From Prochlorococcus sp. AG-424-A03 (GTDB taxonomy: Bacteria; Cyanobacteriota; Cyanobacteriia; PCC-6307; Cyanobiaceae), in contig QCNA01000001.1 of assembly GCA_003213375.1 (NCBI GenBank), forward strand, positions 1 through 62,424: a stretch of 62,424 nt of DNA, written 5' to 3'. Made by a program: the position numbers and the translations under genes. The notes under the pieces are model-generated. The model made no database searches. It worked only from the letters and a program-made list of their open reading frames with translations, and was not told the origin of the DNA. How positions within the stretch are numbered: the stretch's first letter is position 1; each line of letters starts with the position of its first letter. Below are positions 1-9,273 of the stretch, in pieces.

Positions 1-2
1 GT

Positions 3-371
3 CCAATCGATGGTTTTATCCTTGGAATAAACACGAGAGTTGGTGAAAGACCTCAAAATGAAGGGATTTTGGATATTGGTTCTAGTCAAAAAATGGAAGC
101 TTTGATAGAGGTTTATGAATCTGATATCGATAGAGTCTTTATCTCTCAGAATGTTGAATTGAGCAGTGAGAATGGAGGTTTCCAAAAAAATCTTAAGGGA
201 AAGGTGATTAGGATTAGTCCTCAGGTAAAACAAAGAAAAGTTCTATCGACTGATCCAACAGGGGATGCTGATTCACGTATTATCGAGGTACTAGTAAAAT
301 TAGATCAAGATTCTATAGATATAGTTCAAAACTATGCAGGAATGAAAGTGATTGCAATATTTATTCCCTAA
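3..371 (+). CDS. devB: DevB-like ABC exporter membrane-fusion (HlyD family) protein, 3' part only; runs off the window start
   Basis: Frame is open from position 3 (PIDGFILGINTRVGE...); C-terminus DPTGDADSRIIEVLVKLD is typical of the family; stop overlaps the devC start. Confidence 0.85.
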   Translation, partial: PIDGFILGINTRVGERPQNEGILDIGSSQKMEALIEVYESDIDRVFISQNVELSSENGGFQKNLKGKVIRISPQVKQRKVLSTDPTGDADSRIIEVLVKLDQDSIDIVQNYAGMKVIAIFIP

Positions 372-1543
372 TGAGTTTTTCTTTTTTAAAATTTAGGAAA
401 ATACCATTAGCTTGGTTGTTATTAACTAGGCAACCATTAAGGTTAGCAGTAGCCATAGCTGGAATCAGTTTTGCAGGGATTTTGATGTTTATGCAATTAG
501 GTTTTAGAGATGGTTTATTTGACACGAGCGTAACTATTCATAAACTTCTAGATGCCGATCTTGTTTTGATAAGTCCCAGATCAAAAAGTTCTATAAGCAT
601 GAGTGGATTTCCAAAAAGAAGATTAATTCAAACTCTTGCAGTAGAAGATGTTGAAAAAACTGCTCCAGTTAATCTAAATTATTTACTTTGGAGAAATCCC
701 GAAAATCTTAAAACTAGATCAATACTTGCATTAGGTTTTAATCCCTCCGATTCACTTCTTTTAGATGAGGGATTCTCAAAGAAAGCTTATAAATTGAGAA
801 ATCCATCAAGAGTTCTTTTTGACAAACTATCTAGACCTGAATTTGGACCGATTGAAGAATGGTTCTTATCTGAAAAAAAAGTTGAGACTGAGGTTGCGGG
901 AAAAAGAGTAATTGTTGAGGGCCTTGTGGAGTTGGGACCGTCTTTTGGTGCAGATGGTAATTTGATAACTAGTCGAGAAACCTTCTTAAGACTTTTTCCT
1001 GCTAATCCTCCTGGCAGTATAGAGATTGGTTTGGTAAAGCTAAAAAAAGGATCTGATCCTGAATTGATTTCAAGGATATTAAATAACTCACTACCTAATG
1101 ATGTTAGGGTTCTTACAAAAAATCAATTTATAGAATTTGAGAAGAATTATTGGAAAAATAGTACTGCAATAGGTTTTATATTTAGTTTGGGAGCATTGAT
1201 GGGTTTTGTTGTAGGGTGTGTGGTTGTTTATCAAATTCTTTATAGTGACGTTACAGATCACCTCCCAGAGTACGCCACCTTATTGGCAATGGGTTATAGA
1301 CTAAAGTCCCTTTTCTTTGTTGTAGCTAGAGAGGGGTTTTTGTTGGCATTGTTTGGTTATTTACCAGCTTATTTCTCTGGTCAAATACTTTATTCAGTTA
1401 TAAGAAGTTCTACGAAACTCCCAATAATAATGGACGCAGATAAAACTATTTTAATTTTCGTATTGGTTTTAGTTATGTGTATGGGGTCCGCCGCCGTTGC
1501 GATGCGTAAATTAGTTGACGCTGATCCTGCCGAAATTTTTTAA
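371..1543 (+). CDS. devC: DevC-like ABC transporter permease (FtsX family)
   Basis: 390 aa, IPLAWLLL...FMQLGF start, several TM segments, ends ADPAEIF; lies between devB and devA. Confidence 0.9.
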   Translation: MSFSFLKFRKIPLAWLLLTRQPLRLAVAIAGISFAGILMFMQLGFRDGLFDTSVTIHKLLDADLVLISPRSKSSISMSGFPKRRLIQTLAVEDVEKTAPVNLNYLLWRNPENLKTRSILALGFNPSDSLLLDEGFSKKAYKLRNPSRVLFDKLSRPEFGPIEEWFLSEKKVETEVAGKRVIVEGLVELGPSFGADGNLITSRETFLRLFPANPPGSIEIGLVKLKKGSDPELISRILNNSLPNDVRVLTKNQFIEFEKNYWKNSTAIGFIFSLGALMGFVVGCVVVYQILYSDVTDHLPEYATLLAMGYRLKSLFFVVAREGFLLALFGYLPAYFSGQILYSVIRSSTKLPIIMDADKTILIFVLVLVMCMGSAAVAMRKLVDADPAEIF

Positions 1544-1556
1544 CAATTGAAGATAA

Positions 1557-2285
1557 ATGGTTAATGCAAAAAAATCAAAAAAAATTTTTAAAAATCTTGA
1601 AACAGTCTCAATAAATAATTTGAGTCACTTTTATGGAAAAAATGAGAATAAGAAACAAGTTCTTAATAACGTTAATTTAAATATTGAAAAAGGAGAGTTG
1701 GTTCTTTTGAAAGGACCTTCTGGATGTGGTAAAACGACTCTTTTAACATTAATTGGTGCTTTGAGAACCTGTCAAAGTGGAGATTTAACTGTATTAAATA
1801 ATCAGTTAAATGGAGCATCAAGGAAAACTCGTCAGATTCTTAGAAGAAGTATTGGAATGATTTTTCAAGGTCACAATCTTCTGAGATGTTTAACAGCAGA
1901 ACAAAATGTCCAGATGGGCGCCGATTTAATAAAAGGTTTAACATATTTGCAAAGACGTGAAATAGCGCGGAATTGGTTGTCAGCAGTAGGATTAGAAGAA
2001 CATCATAAAAAGTTGCCAAATGACTTATCTGGTGGGCAGAAACAGAGAGTAGCAATTGCTAGAGCTTTATCTGCCAACCCAAAACTTTTATTAGCTGATG
2101 AGCCCACTTCTGCTTTAGATAGCGTTACAGGAAGAGAAATAGTAACCCTTTTAAGGAAACTCGCAAAAGAGCAAAATTGTTCTGTACTTATGGTGACGCA
2201 TGATCCAAGAATTTCTGATATGGCTGATAGGATATTAAATATGGAAGATGGTAAAATATATAGTGCTCATAGTGAGCTAATATAA
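1557..2285 (+). CDS. devA: DevA-like ABC transporter ATP-binding protein
   Basis: Walker A GPSGCGKTT, signature LSGGQKQR, Walker B LLLADEPT, H-loop VTHD. Confidence 0.9.
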   Translation: MVNAKKSKKIFKNLETVSINNLSHFYGKNENKKQVLNNVNLNIEKGELVLLKGPSGCGKTTLLTLIGALRTCQSGDLTVLNNQLNGASRKTRQILRRSIGMIFQGHNLLRCLTAEQNVQMGADLIKGLTYLQRREIARNWLSAVGLEEHHKKLPNDLSGGQKQRVAIARALSANPKLLLADEPTSALDSVTGREIVTLLRKLAKEQNCSVLMVTHDPRISDMADRILNMEDGKIYSAHSELI

Positions 2286-2303
2286 TTAAAAGTTAAAAAT
2301 TTT

Positions 2304-2453
2304 ATGTCTAAGAGAAGGAATCTAAAAAAAGAAAAGCAGGAACGTAATAGAGCCTATGCTAGGAAATTCAAAAAAAGGAAATTAAGAACTGATGGAAGAC
2401 CCGATGGTGGAAACGTTACAGGTACAGCAAATAATGGCGGTGCAGCTGATTAG
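2304..2453 (+). CDS. Small basic hypothetical protein (49 aa)
   Basis: Read by hand: MSKRRNLKKEKQERNRAYARKFKKRKLRTDGRPDGGNVTGTANNGGAAD*; GC content is coding-like compared with the flanks. Confidence 0.7.
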   Translation: MSKRRNLKKEKQERNRAYARKFKKRKLRTDGRPDGGNVTGTANNGGAAD

Positions 2454-2514
2454 GGAATATCTTTTGTTTTTATCTTTTGGAGTTCAATATATTATGCATA
2501 TTTAAGACATAATC

Positions 2515-3426
2515 ATGAATGTAAGTATTGTTATACCGACTTACAATAGATTACCTATATTAGAGAAATGTCTCTTTGCGCTTGAGAATCAAAAATTAAA
2601 TACAAATATCAGTAATTATGAAGTAATAGTAGTTGATGATGGATCAACAGATGGGACAACCTCATGGATAAATAAAAACAAAGCTAATTTCCCACACGTT
2701 ATTCTATTTCAGCAAGAACATGGAGGGCCTGCACTTGGAAGAAATTTGGGAGTAATTAAATCAAAATATGAAATTATTATATTCATTGATAGTGATCTTA
2801 TTGTTTTAGACAATTTTATAAATTGCCACGTAGAAAAATTGCTTGCTTCTTGGAGAAAAAATGATAAAAAATGTTTTACCTATGGCTCGGTAGTAAATAC
2901 ATCTAATTTTCTAAATCCTCAGAGTGAAAAACATAAAATAATGGACACTTCTTTTGCTTACTTTGCTACTGGGAATGTTGCGATATCAAAAGAATTGATT
3001 TTAAGTGTGGGATTATTTGATACTTCTTTTAGTCTTTACGGTTGGGAGGATTTAGAACTTGGAGAAAGATTAAAAAAAATTGGTACAAAATTAATTAAAT
3101 GTCCAAATGCAGTAGGTTTTCATTGGCATCCGCCATTTAATTGCGAACAAATAGATTCATTAATAGCTCAAGAAAAAGAGAGAGCAAAAATGGCGTTAGT
3201 GTTTTACAAGAAACATCCAAATTTAAGGGTTAGATTTATGATTCAATTAACTCCTCTTCATAATTTGCTTTGGCAAATTCTTTGTTTGGGGGGACTAATC
3301 AGTGTTGATAGAATCCTTCCTTTATTAAGATTCCTAGTAAATATAGGAAGAAATAGACTTGCACTTGAGATACTTAGGATCCCTCTAAATATGATTTACA
3401 TTAAACAGTTAACCAAATCAAGATAA
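2515..3426 (+). CDS. Glycosyltransferase family 2
   Basis: VSIVIPTYN, VVDDGSTDGT, FIDSD (DxD) and GWEDLEL motifs. Confidence 0.9.
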   Translation: MNVSIVIPTYNRLPILEKCLFALENQKLNTNISNYEVIVVDDGSTDGTTSWINKNKANFPHVILFQQEHGGPALGRNLGVIKSKYEIIIFIDSDLIVLDNFINCHVEKLLASWRKNDKKCFTYGSVVNTSNFLNPQSEKHKIMDTSFAYFATGNVAISKELILSVGLFDTSFSLYGWEDLELGERLKKIGTKLIKCPNAVGFHWHPPFNCEQIDSLIAQEKERAKMALVFYKKHPNLRVRFMIQLTPLHNLLWQILCLGGLISVDRILPLLRFLVNIGRNRLALEILRIPLNMIYIKQLTKSR

Positions 3427-3477
3427 AAAAACTTTTAGAAATACACATCACTTGCTAGAATAATTGAAATAAATTTT

Positions 3478-3546
3478 ACACATCTGACAGTTTCGGGTGA
3501 ATTATTAATATTAATTCCCCGTCAGATGGAGGCTAACCCGAAACCC
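3478..3546 (+). promoter_or_regulatory. rpsB 5' leader (S2 autoregulatory element, t44-like)
   Basis: CATCTGAC (3481-3488) pairs with GTCAGATG (3521-3528); GTTTCGGGT (3490-3498) is complementary to ACCCGAAAC (3536-3544); GGAGGCTAACCC resembles the conserved rpsB leader core just upstream of the start. Confidence 0.75.
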
Positions 3547-3555
3547 TTTTAAATT

Positions 3556-4260
3556 ATGGCTGTTGTATCACTATCAGAAATGATGGAAGCTGGTGCTCAT
3601 TTTGGGCATCAAACTAGACGTTGGAACCCCAAGATGTCTAAGTATATATATTGCGCGAGAAATGGAGTTCATATTATTGATCTTGTAAAAACAGCATTGT
3701 GTATGAACAATGCGTATAAATGGACAAGAAACGCAGCAAAAAGCGGTAAACGTTTCTTATTTGTAGGTACAAAAAAACAAGCATCAGATGTAGTAGCTCA
3801 GGAAGCTACACGCTGTGGAGCTGCATATGTAAATCAAAGATGGCTTGGAGGGATGTTGACTAATTGGACAACAATGAAAGCTAGGATTGAAAGATTAAAG
3901 GATCTAGAAAGAATGGAAAGTAGTGGTTCAATAGCAATGAGGCCTAAAAAAGAAGCTGCAGTATTAAGGAGAGAACTTGAAAGATTACAAAAATATTTAG
4001 GTGGACTTAAGGGTATGAGAAGATTACCAGATGTAGTTGTATTGGTTGATCAAAGAAGAGAATCTAATGCTGTATTAGAAGCTAGAAAATTAGATATCTC
4101 ATTAGTATCAATGTTGGATACAAATTGCGATCCGGATTTGTGTGAAGTTCCAATTCCTTGTAACGATGATGCTGTTAGATCTGTGCAACTTATTTTAGGA
4201 AGACTTGCAGATGCCATAAATGAGGGTAGAAAAGGCTCTAATGCCGAAAGAAAAAATTAA
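3556..4260 (+). CDS. rpsB: 30S ribosomal protein S2
   Basis: [33 protein letters not shown] and PCNDDA motifs. Confidence 0.99.
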   Translation: MAVVSLSEMMEAGAHFGHQTRRWNPKMSKYIYCARNGVHIIDLVKTALCMNNAYKWTRNAAKSGKRFLFVGTKKQASDVVAQEATRCGAAYVNQRWLGGMLTNWTTMKARIERLKDLERMESSGSIAMRPKKEAAVLRRELERLQKYLGGLKGMRRLPDVVVLVDQRRESNAVLEARKLDISLVSMLDTNCDPDLCEVPIPCNDDAVRSVQLILGRLADAINEGRKGSNAERKN

Positions 4261-4303
4261 ATTCCAATTTAAACTTACTATTCACTATTTTTTATTACTT
4301 CAA

Positions 4304-4960
4304 ATGGGAAACATTACAGCAAAACTTGTAAAAGATCTTAGAGACAAAACTGGTGCAGGAATGATGGACTGCAAAAAAGCACTTAACGAAACTGAAGGAA
4401 ATCTAGATAAAGCTTTGGAATGGTTAAGAAAGAAAGGCATAGCAAGTGCTGAAAAGAAATCGGGAAGAGTAGCGGCTGAAGGGTCAATTGGTAGTTATAT
4501 ACATACTGGATCAAGAGTTGGAGTTTTACTAGAGTTAAATTGTGAAACTGATTTCGTTGCTAGAGGTGATATATTCCAATCTCTGTTGAAGGATGTCTCA
4601 ATGCAAGTAGCAGCATGCCCAAATGTTGAATATGTATCAATCGATGAAATACCAGAAGATGTTGTAGAAAAAGAAAAGCAGATTGAAATGGGTAGGGATG
4701 ATTTGTCAGGAAAACCAGAGCAAATTAAAGAAAGAATAGTTGAAGGGAGGATAGCAAAAAGACTGAATGAGCTTGTTTTGCTTTCACAACCCTATATTAA
4801 AGATAGTTCTCTAACAGTTGAGGATCTTGTTAAACAAGCAGCTGCAAAAATTGGGGAAAATATTAAAGTAAGACGCTTTACAAGATATACATTAGGTGAA
4901 GGCATTGAAAAAAATGAGATCGACTTTGCTGAAGAGGTTGCATCAATGCAAACAAACTAG
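4304..4960 (+). CDS. tsf: Elongation factor Ts (short cyanobacterial form)
   Basis: Start moved to ATG 4304 ([27 protein letters not shown]); [11 protein letters not shown]; follows rpsB. Confidence 0.98.
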   Translation: MGNITAKLVKDLRDKTGAGMMDCKKALNETEGNLDKALEWLRKKGIASAEKKSGRVAAEGSIGSYIHTGSRVGVLLELNCETDFVARGDIFQSLLKDVSMQVAACPNVEYVSIDEIPEDVVEKEKQIEMGRDDLSGKPEQIKERIVEGRIAKRLNELVLLSQPYIKDSSLTVEDLVKQAAAKIGENIKVRRFTRYTLGEGIEKNEIDFAEEVASMQTN

Positions 4961-4964
4961 TCAC

Positions 4965-6050
4965 TTGAATGATTTGAATAATTTCAATAACTACATAAAT
5001 ATAGAAAAAATTGACTCTCAATTGGAGAGAGCAGACATACATAAAAGAATATTAACTAGAAATATCCATAGGGAATATGAACTTTATCTTAATCTAGTAA
5101 GAGATCTACTTTTCATCTCTGTAGAAAAAGGCCTTAATCAAATATATAGTTATCCAACAATTAATGAAAATTTCTTAAATGAAAATGAATACTATTGTCT
5201 TTTGGAAAAAAAAATAAGTAAATTAATATTTACGAATTTGCCCTTTTTAACAGTAGAACAATTAAAGATAAGTGAAATTGAAAAAAATATAAATAATGAA
5301 ATTAATTTTACTACTTTTGATAGTTCCACAAAAACAAACGATGATCAAAAAGAAAAATTTCAATATGAAGATTTTTTTCAATTAAAAGAAACCACTCAGT
5401 TAGATATTAGTAACGAGTTTTCAAATACTTCTGAATATTATCAAGCTCAAAATTATGAGAAATTCGTATCACTTGATTTAGATCATAACGACCATAATAA
5501 TTATTTATCTAAAAACAATATTTTTGAAAATTTAGGATTTGAAAAACAATTTATTTCCTCCCTACTTGAATTAATAGGAGAAGAAAAGATGGAAAAAACA
5601 AGACATTCAGAAAAAGAAAATATCAAACAAATGAATAACTTACCAAAAAATCAGATTCTTAATAATTTTGATTTAATAGACAAGTCATTGGAAAATTTAC
5701 TATTGAATCTTTCATATGATATTAACCAAGAATTATTCAAGGCAAATCTAATAAAAAAGATGATATCTAGAGATTCCTTTGATTACTTAGTAAGTAAAAA
5801 TTTTATGATAAAACATCCATATCCTTTTATTATTAATTTCGAATTAAACTTAAATCGGTCATCATTAAAAGGCAATAATTTTCCAAGCATTATTTTCTTC
5901 AATATATCTACTGTTGAATTGGAGTTTAAAAATTTAAATCTATCTATTCAAAGGAACAAAATAAATGAGCTAAAAAATCAATTTCAGCGTTTGATTAAAA
6001 AAGAGACATATTGGAGGCAAAAAGAAATAACTTTGAATAAGATACGTTGA
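4965..6050 (+). CDS. Hypothetical Asn/Lys-rich protein
   Basis: Long open frame between tsf and recG; likely TTG start at 4965 just after the tsf stop; no catalytic motif recognised. Confidence 0.7.
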   Translation: MNDLNNFNNYINIEKIDSQLERADIHKRILTRNIHREYELYLNLVRDLLFISVEKGLNQIYSYPTINENFLNENEYYCLLEKKISKLIFTNLPFLTVEQLKISEIEKNINNEINFTTFDSSTKTNDDQKEKFQYEDFFQLKETTQLDISNEFSNTSEYYQAQNYEKFVSLDLDHNDHNNYLSKNNIFENLGFEKQFISSLLELIGEEKMEKTRHSEKENIKQMNNLPKNQILNNFDLIDKSLENLLLNLSYDINQELFKANLIKKMISRDSFDYLVSKNFMIKHPYPFIINFELNLNRSSLKGNNFPSIIFFNISTVELEFKNLNLSIQRNKINELKNQFQRLIKKETYWRQKEITLNKIR

Positions 6051-6072
6051 AAAGATAACTCTTTTTTCAAAT

Positions 6073-8529
6073 GTGACTATTAGCGGGAATAATAATAAAT
6101 TAATTAAAGATTGGATAAGACCTCTTCAAAAATCTCTTACTATTGAAACTGAGAACAAATTTATTAATACATTAGGAAGAGAAAAATATTTTAATGATTA
6201 TTTGCATGAATCATTAAAAAAACTGGATAATCTAAATCTCTCAGACGAATATTTAAGAATATTTTATGAATTTTCTAAAAAATATAATGAATATAATAAA
6301 TTAGATGAAAATCAAAGAAAAAGGTTAATTATAGATACAAGAAAAAATCTTTATAAACTAGGTAAAACTTTAGAAATAGAAAGTTCTAATAATAATTCTA
6401 ATAACGTTTTTCTCAATAAAGCTGATTCAAGTTTGTCTTTAGATTCAGATATTTCATTAATAAAAAATGTAGGAAAAGTTTATAAAAATAAGCTTAATGA
6501 ATTAGGGATATTTCATATAAAAGATCTAATTAATTATTTCCCACGAACATATCTAGACTATACGAATAGAGTCAAGATAATAAATTTAAAACCAGATAAT
6601 TTATACACTTGCCTCGCAAACGTTAAAAGATTTTATATTCATAAGAGTAAAAAAAATAGTAATTTATCAATAATGAATATTTTAGTTTCTGATGAAACGT
6701 CTTCAATAAAGGTTACAAAATTTTTTTTAGGAAGAAGATTTAGATCTTACTCCTTCTTCACTTCTCAAAAATCTTTGTATACTCCTGGGACCAAATTAGC
6801 AATTTCCGGTAAGGTTAAATTGACAGAGTATGGTAAAACTTTTGTAGATCCGCAGATTGAAATTCTTAAGGGTAGCAATGATAATTTTAATTTCTCAGGC
6901 AAAATATTACCATTGTATTCATTAGGTGAAGCATTATCAAATATGAGTTTTATAAAACTTATGAAAAAGGTACTAATTTATGCAAAGCAATATCCAGAAA
7001 TTTTAAATAAAAAGCAACTTGATTCATTGTCTTTATTATCAAAAGGAGAGTCGTTGATTAATATTCATTTTCCACCAACTCAACAAGCACTTATTGAGTC
7101 AAAAAAACGTTTGGTTTTTGATGAGTTATTCCTACTTCAAATAAAGTTCCTACTTAGAAAAAGAAAGACGAATAAAAATATAACTTCTCAACAAATACCT
7201 CAAAAGAAATCTTTATTAAAAGAATTTTTAAATACTTTTCCTTTCGAATTAACAAAATCTCAAGAAAATGTTTTAAATGAAATTAAGAAAGATTTATCTA
7301 ATCCTGTTCCAATGTCTAGATTGCTTCAGGGAGATGTGGGAAGCGGTAAAACCATAATTGCAATAGCGTCTCTTTTACTTGTCATTGAAAAAAACCTACA
7401 AGGTGCATTTATGGTCCCAACTGAGGTATTGGCAGAACAGCATTATAAAAATTTATTGAAATATTTGAACCCCCTTTTAGTTTCTGTTGAACTACTTACT
7501 GGAAATACTCCCCAAAAAAAGAGAAAAGAAATTTTCTCTAATTTGAACAATGGATTAGTTGATATCCTCGTAGGTACTCATGCATTATTTGAGGATAAAG
7601 TAATCTTTAATGCATTAGGGATGGTCGTGATTGATGAACAACATAGATTTGGCGTTACTCAAAGAAATAAATTATTAAATAAAGGAGAAAATACTAATTT
7701 GTTATCAATGACAGCAACACCAATTCCAAGAACTCTTGCGCTTTCTATTTATGGTGATTTAGATGTAAGTCAAATTACAGAACTCCCTCCTGGGAGAGTT
7801 CCTATAATAACAAAAATTATTTCAGAAGATGATATAACTAACTTGTTCAAGATTGTTGAAGATGAGATCAAGAAGGGAAAGCAAGCTTATGTGATTCTGC
7901 CACTAATAGAAGATTCAGAAAAAATGAATTTAAGCTCCGCAAAGAATACATTCAAATATTTATCAGAAGAGGTCTTTTTTAACAGAAAAGTTGGATTATT
8001 ACATGGCAAATTAAGTTCACAAGAAAAGAATGAAGTAATTAATTCTTTTTTAAAAAATGAAATTAATATATTGGTTTCAACCACAGTAATTGAGGTTGGC
8101 ATTGATGTTCCTAACGCCACAATTATGATTATTTATAATTCGGACAGATTTGGATTGTCCCAGCTACATCAATTAAGGGGGAGAGTTGGTAGAGGATCAA
8201 CTAAATCTTTTTGTTATCTGGTAACCCCCGATAAAAATGGATTAGAAAATAAACGACTTTGTGTTTTGCAAAAATCTAATGATGGCTTTTATATTGCTGA
8301 AAAAGACTTAGAGCTTAGAGGTCCAGGCCAGATTTTAGGATATAGACAATCCGGATTGCCTGATTTTGTACTGGACAATTTACCTAACAATAAATTTCTT
8401 ATTGATAAGGCTCGTGAAGAGGCTATTAAGGTTGTTAGTAATGATCCTGATTTAAAAGAAAATATTGTTTTAAGGAATATACTTATTGATAATTCTGATA
8501 ATAAATTCATTCATGATTTCTTAAATTGA
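6073..8529 (+). CDS. recG: ATP-dependent DNA helicase RecG
   Basis: RLLQGDVGSGKT, DEQHRFG, MTATPIPRTL, QLRGRVGRG and DLELRGPG motifs. Confidence 0.98.
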   Translation: MTISGNNNKLIKDWIRPLQKSLTIETENKFINTLGREKYFNDYLHESLKKLDNLNLSDEYLRIFYEFSKKYNEYNKLDENQRKRLIIDTRKNLYKLGKTLEIESSNNNSNNVFLNKADSSLSLDSDISLIKNVGKVYKNKLNELGIFHIKDLINYFPRTYLDYTNRVKIINLKPDNLYTCLANVKRFYIHKSKKNSNLSIMNILVSDETSSIKVTKFFLGRRFRSYSFFTSQKSLYTPGTKLAISGKVKLTEYGKTFVDPQIEILKGSNDNFNFSGKILPLYSLGEALSNMSFIKLMKKVLIYAKQYPEILNKKQLDSLSLLSKGESLINIHFPPTQQALIESKKRLVFDELFLLQIKFLLRKRKTNKNITSQQIPQKKSLLKEFLNTFPFELTKSQENVLNEIKKDLSNPVPMSRLLQGDVGSGKTIIAIASLLLVIEKNLQGAFMVPTEVLAEQHYKNLLKYLNPLLVSVELLTGNTPQKKRKEIFSNLNNGLVDILVGTHALFEDKVIFNALGMVVIDEQHRFGVTQRNKLLNKGENTNLLSMTATPIPRTLALSIYGDLDVSQITELPPGRVPIITKIISEDDITNLFKIVEDEIKKGKQAYVILPLIEDSEKMNLSSAKNTFKYLSEEVFFNRKVGLLHGKLSSQEKNEVINSFLKNEINILVSTTVIEVGIDVPNATIMIIYNSDRFGLSQLHQLRGRVGRGSTKSFCYLVTPDKNGLENKRLCVLQKSNDGFYIAEKDLELRGPGQILGYRQSGLPDFVLDNLPNNKFLIDKAREEAIKVVSNDPDLKENIVLRNILIDNSDNKFIHDFLN

Positions 8530-8586
8530 AAACTATCATTGTAATTTTTGATATATATGCCACTATAAATCAATTGCAAATTTCAA

Positions 8587-9270
8587 TTGAAAATTTGGAA
8601 TAAAATACCAATTAAAGATAATGGAGATAAATTAATAGCTATACCTAGCTGCCTAAAGTTTTTTGATCCTCACCCTTACTTTCATTTAGGAGCACCTTAC
8701 AAGGATAAAACTTCTATTTGGAAATTAAGGGAGAAGGTCATAAATAGATTAGTAAAAGTAAATGATTATTTGATATCAAAAAGTAGTTTTAACCTTTTAA
8801 TTTATGACAGTTGGCGACCTTTAGAAGTCCAGGAATTTATGTTTAAAAGGGCATTTTTATTAGAGTGTAAAAAATCCGATATTGATATTTCTTTTGAAAA
8901 TATAAAATCTTATCCATCCATTTTAAAAAAAGTTGAAAAATTTTGGGCATATCCTTCTTATGACACTAGGTGTCCTCCCCCTCATTCAACTGGGGGTGCA
9001 TTGGATGTTTGTTTATCAGATAAAGACGGAAATCTTGTTGAAATGGGAAGCATGGTTGATCAAATGGATGAGACCTCAAATCCTTATTTTTATGCAAGTA
9101 TAAAGAATGAAGAAGCAATTATTTGGAATAGTAGAAGAAATTTATTAAGGGAAATTATGACTAAATTCGGATTTGCTCAACATCCTAATGAATGGTGGCA
9201 TTTTAGTTATGGTGATCAATTATGGGCTTGGAAAAATAAAAAAGCAAATGCCCTTTATGGAAAAATTTAA
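8587..9270 (+). CDS. ddpX: D-Ala-D-Ala dipeptidase (peptidase M15, VanX/DdpX-like)
   Basis: YDSWRP, PHSTGGALD and EWWHFSYGD zinc-peptidase motifs. Confidence 0.85.
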   Translation: MKIWNKIPIKDNGDKLIAIPSCLKFFDPHPYFHLGAPYKDKTSIWKLREKVINRLVKVNDYLISKSSFNLLIYDSWRPLEVQEFMFKRAFLLECKKSDIDISFENIKSYPSILKKVEKFWAYPSYDTRCPPPHSTGGALDVCLSDKDGNLVEMGSMVDQMDETSNPYFYASIKNEEAIIWNSRRNLLREIMTKFGFAQHPNEWWHFSYGDQLWAWKNKKANALYGKI

Positions 9271-9273
9271 ATT

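Noticed and set aside
4220-4964. N-terminal extensions of tsf (from 4220) and of the next ORF (from 4896)
   Set aside because: They overlap the upstream genes; family-typical or non-overlapping starts are at 4304 and 4965.
4965-6050. Enzymatic assignment (e.g. adenylate cyclase) for the Asn-rich ORF
   Set aside because: No cyclase or other catalytic motif is recognisable, and the low-complexity composition invites spurious matches.
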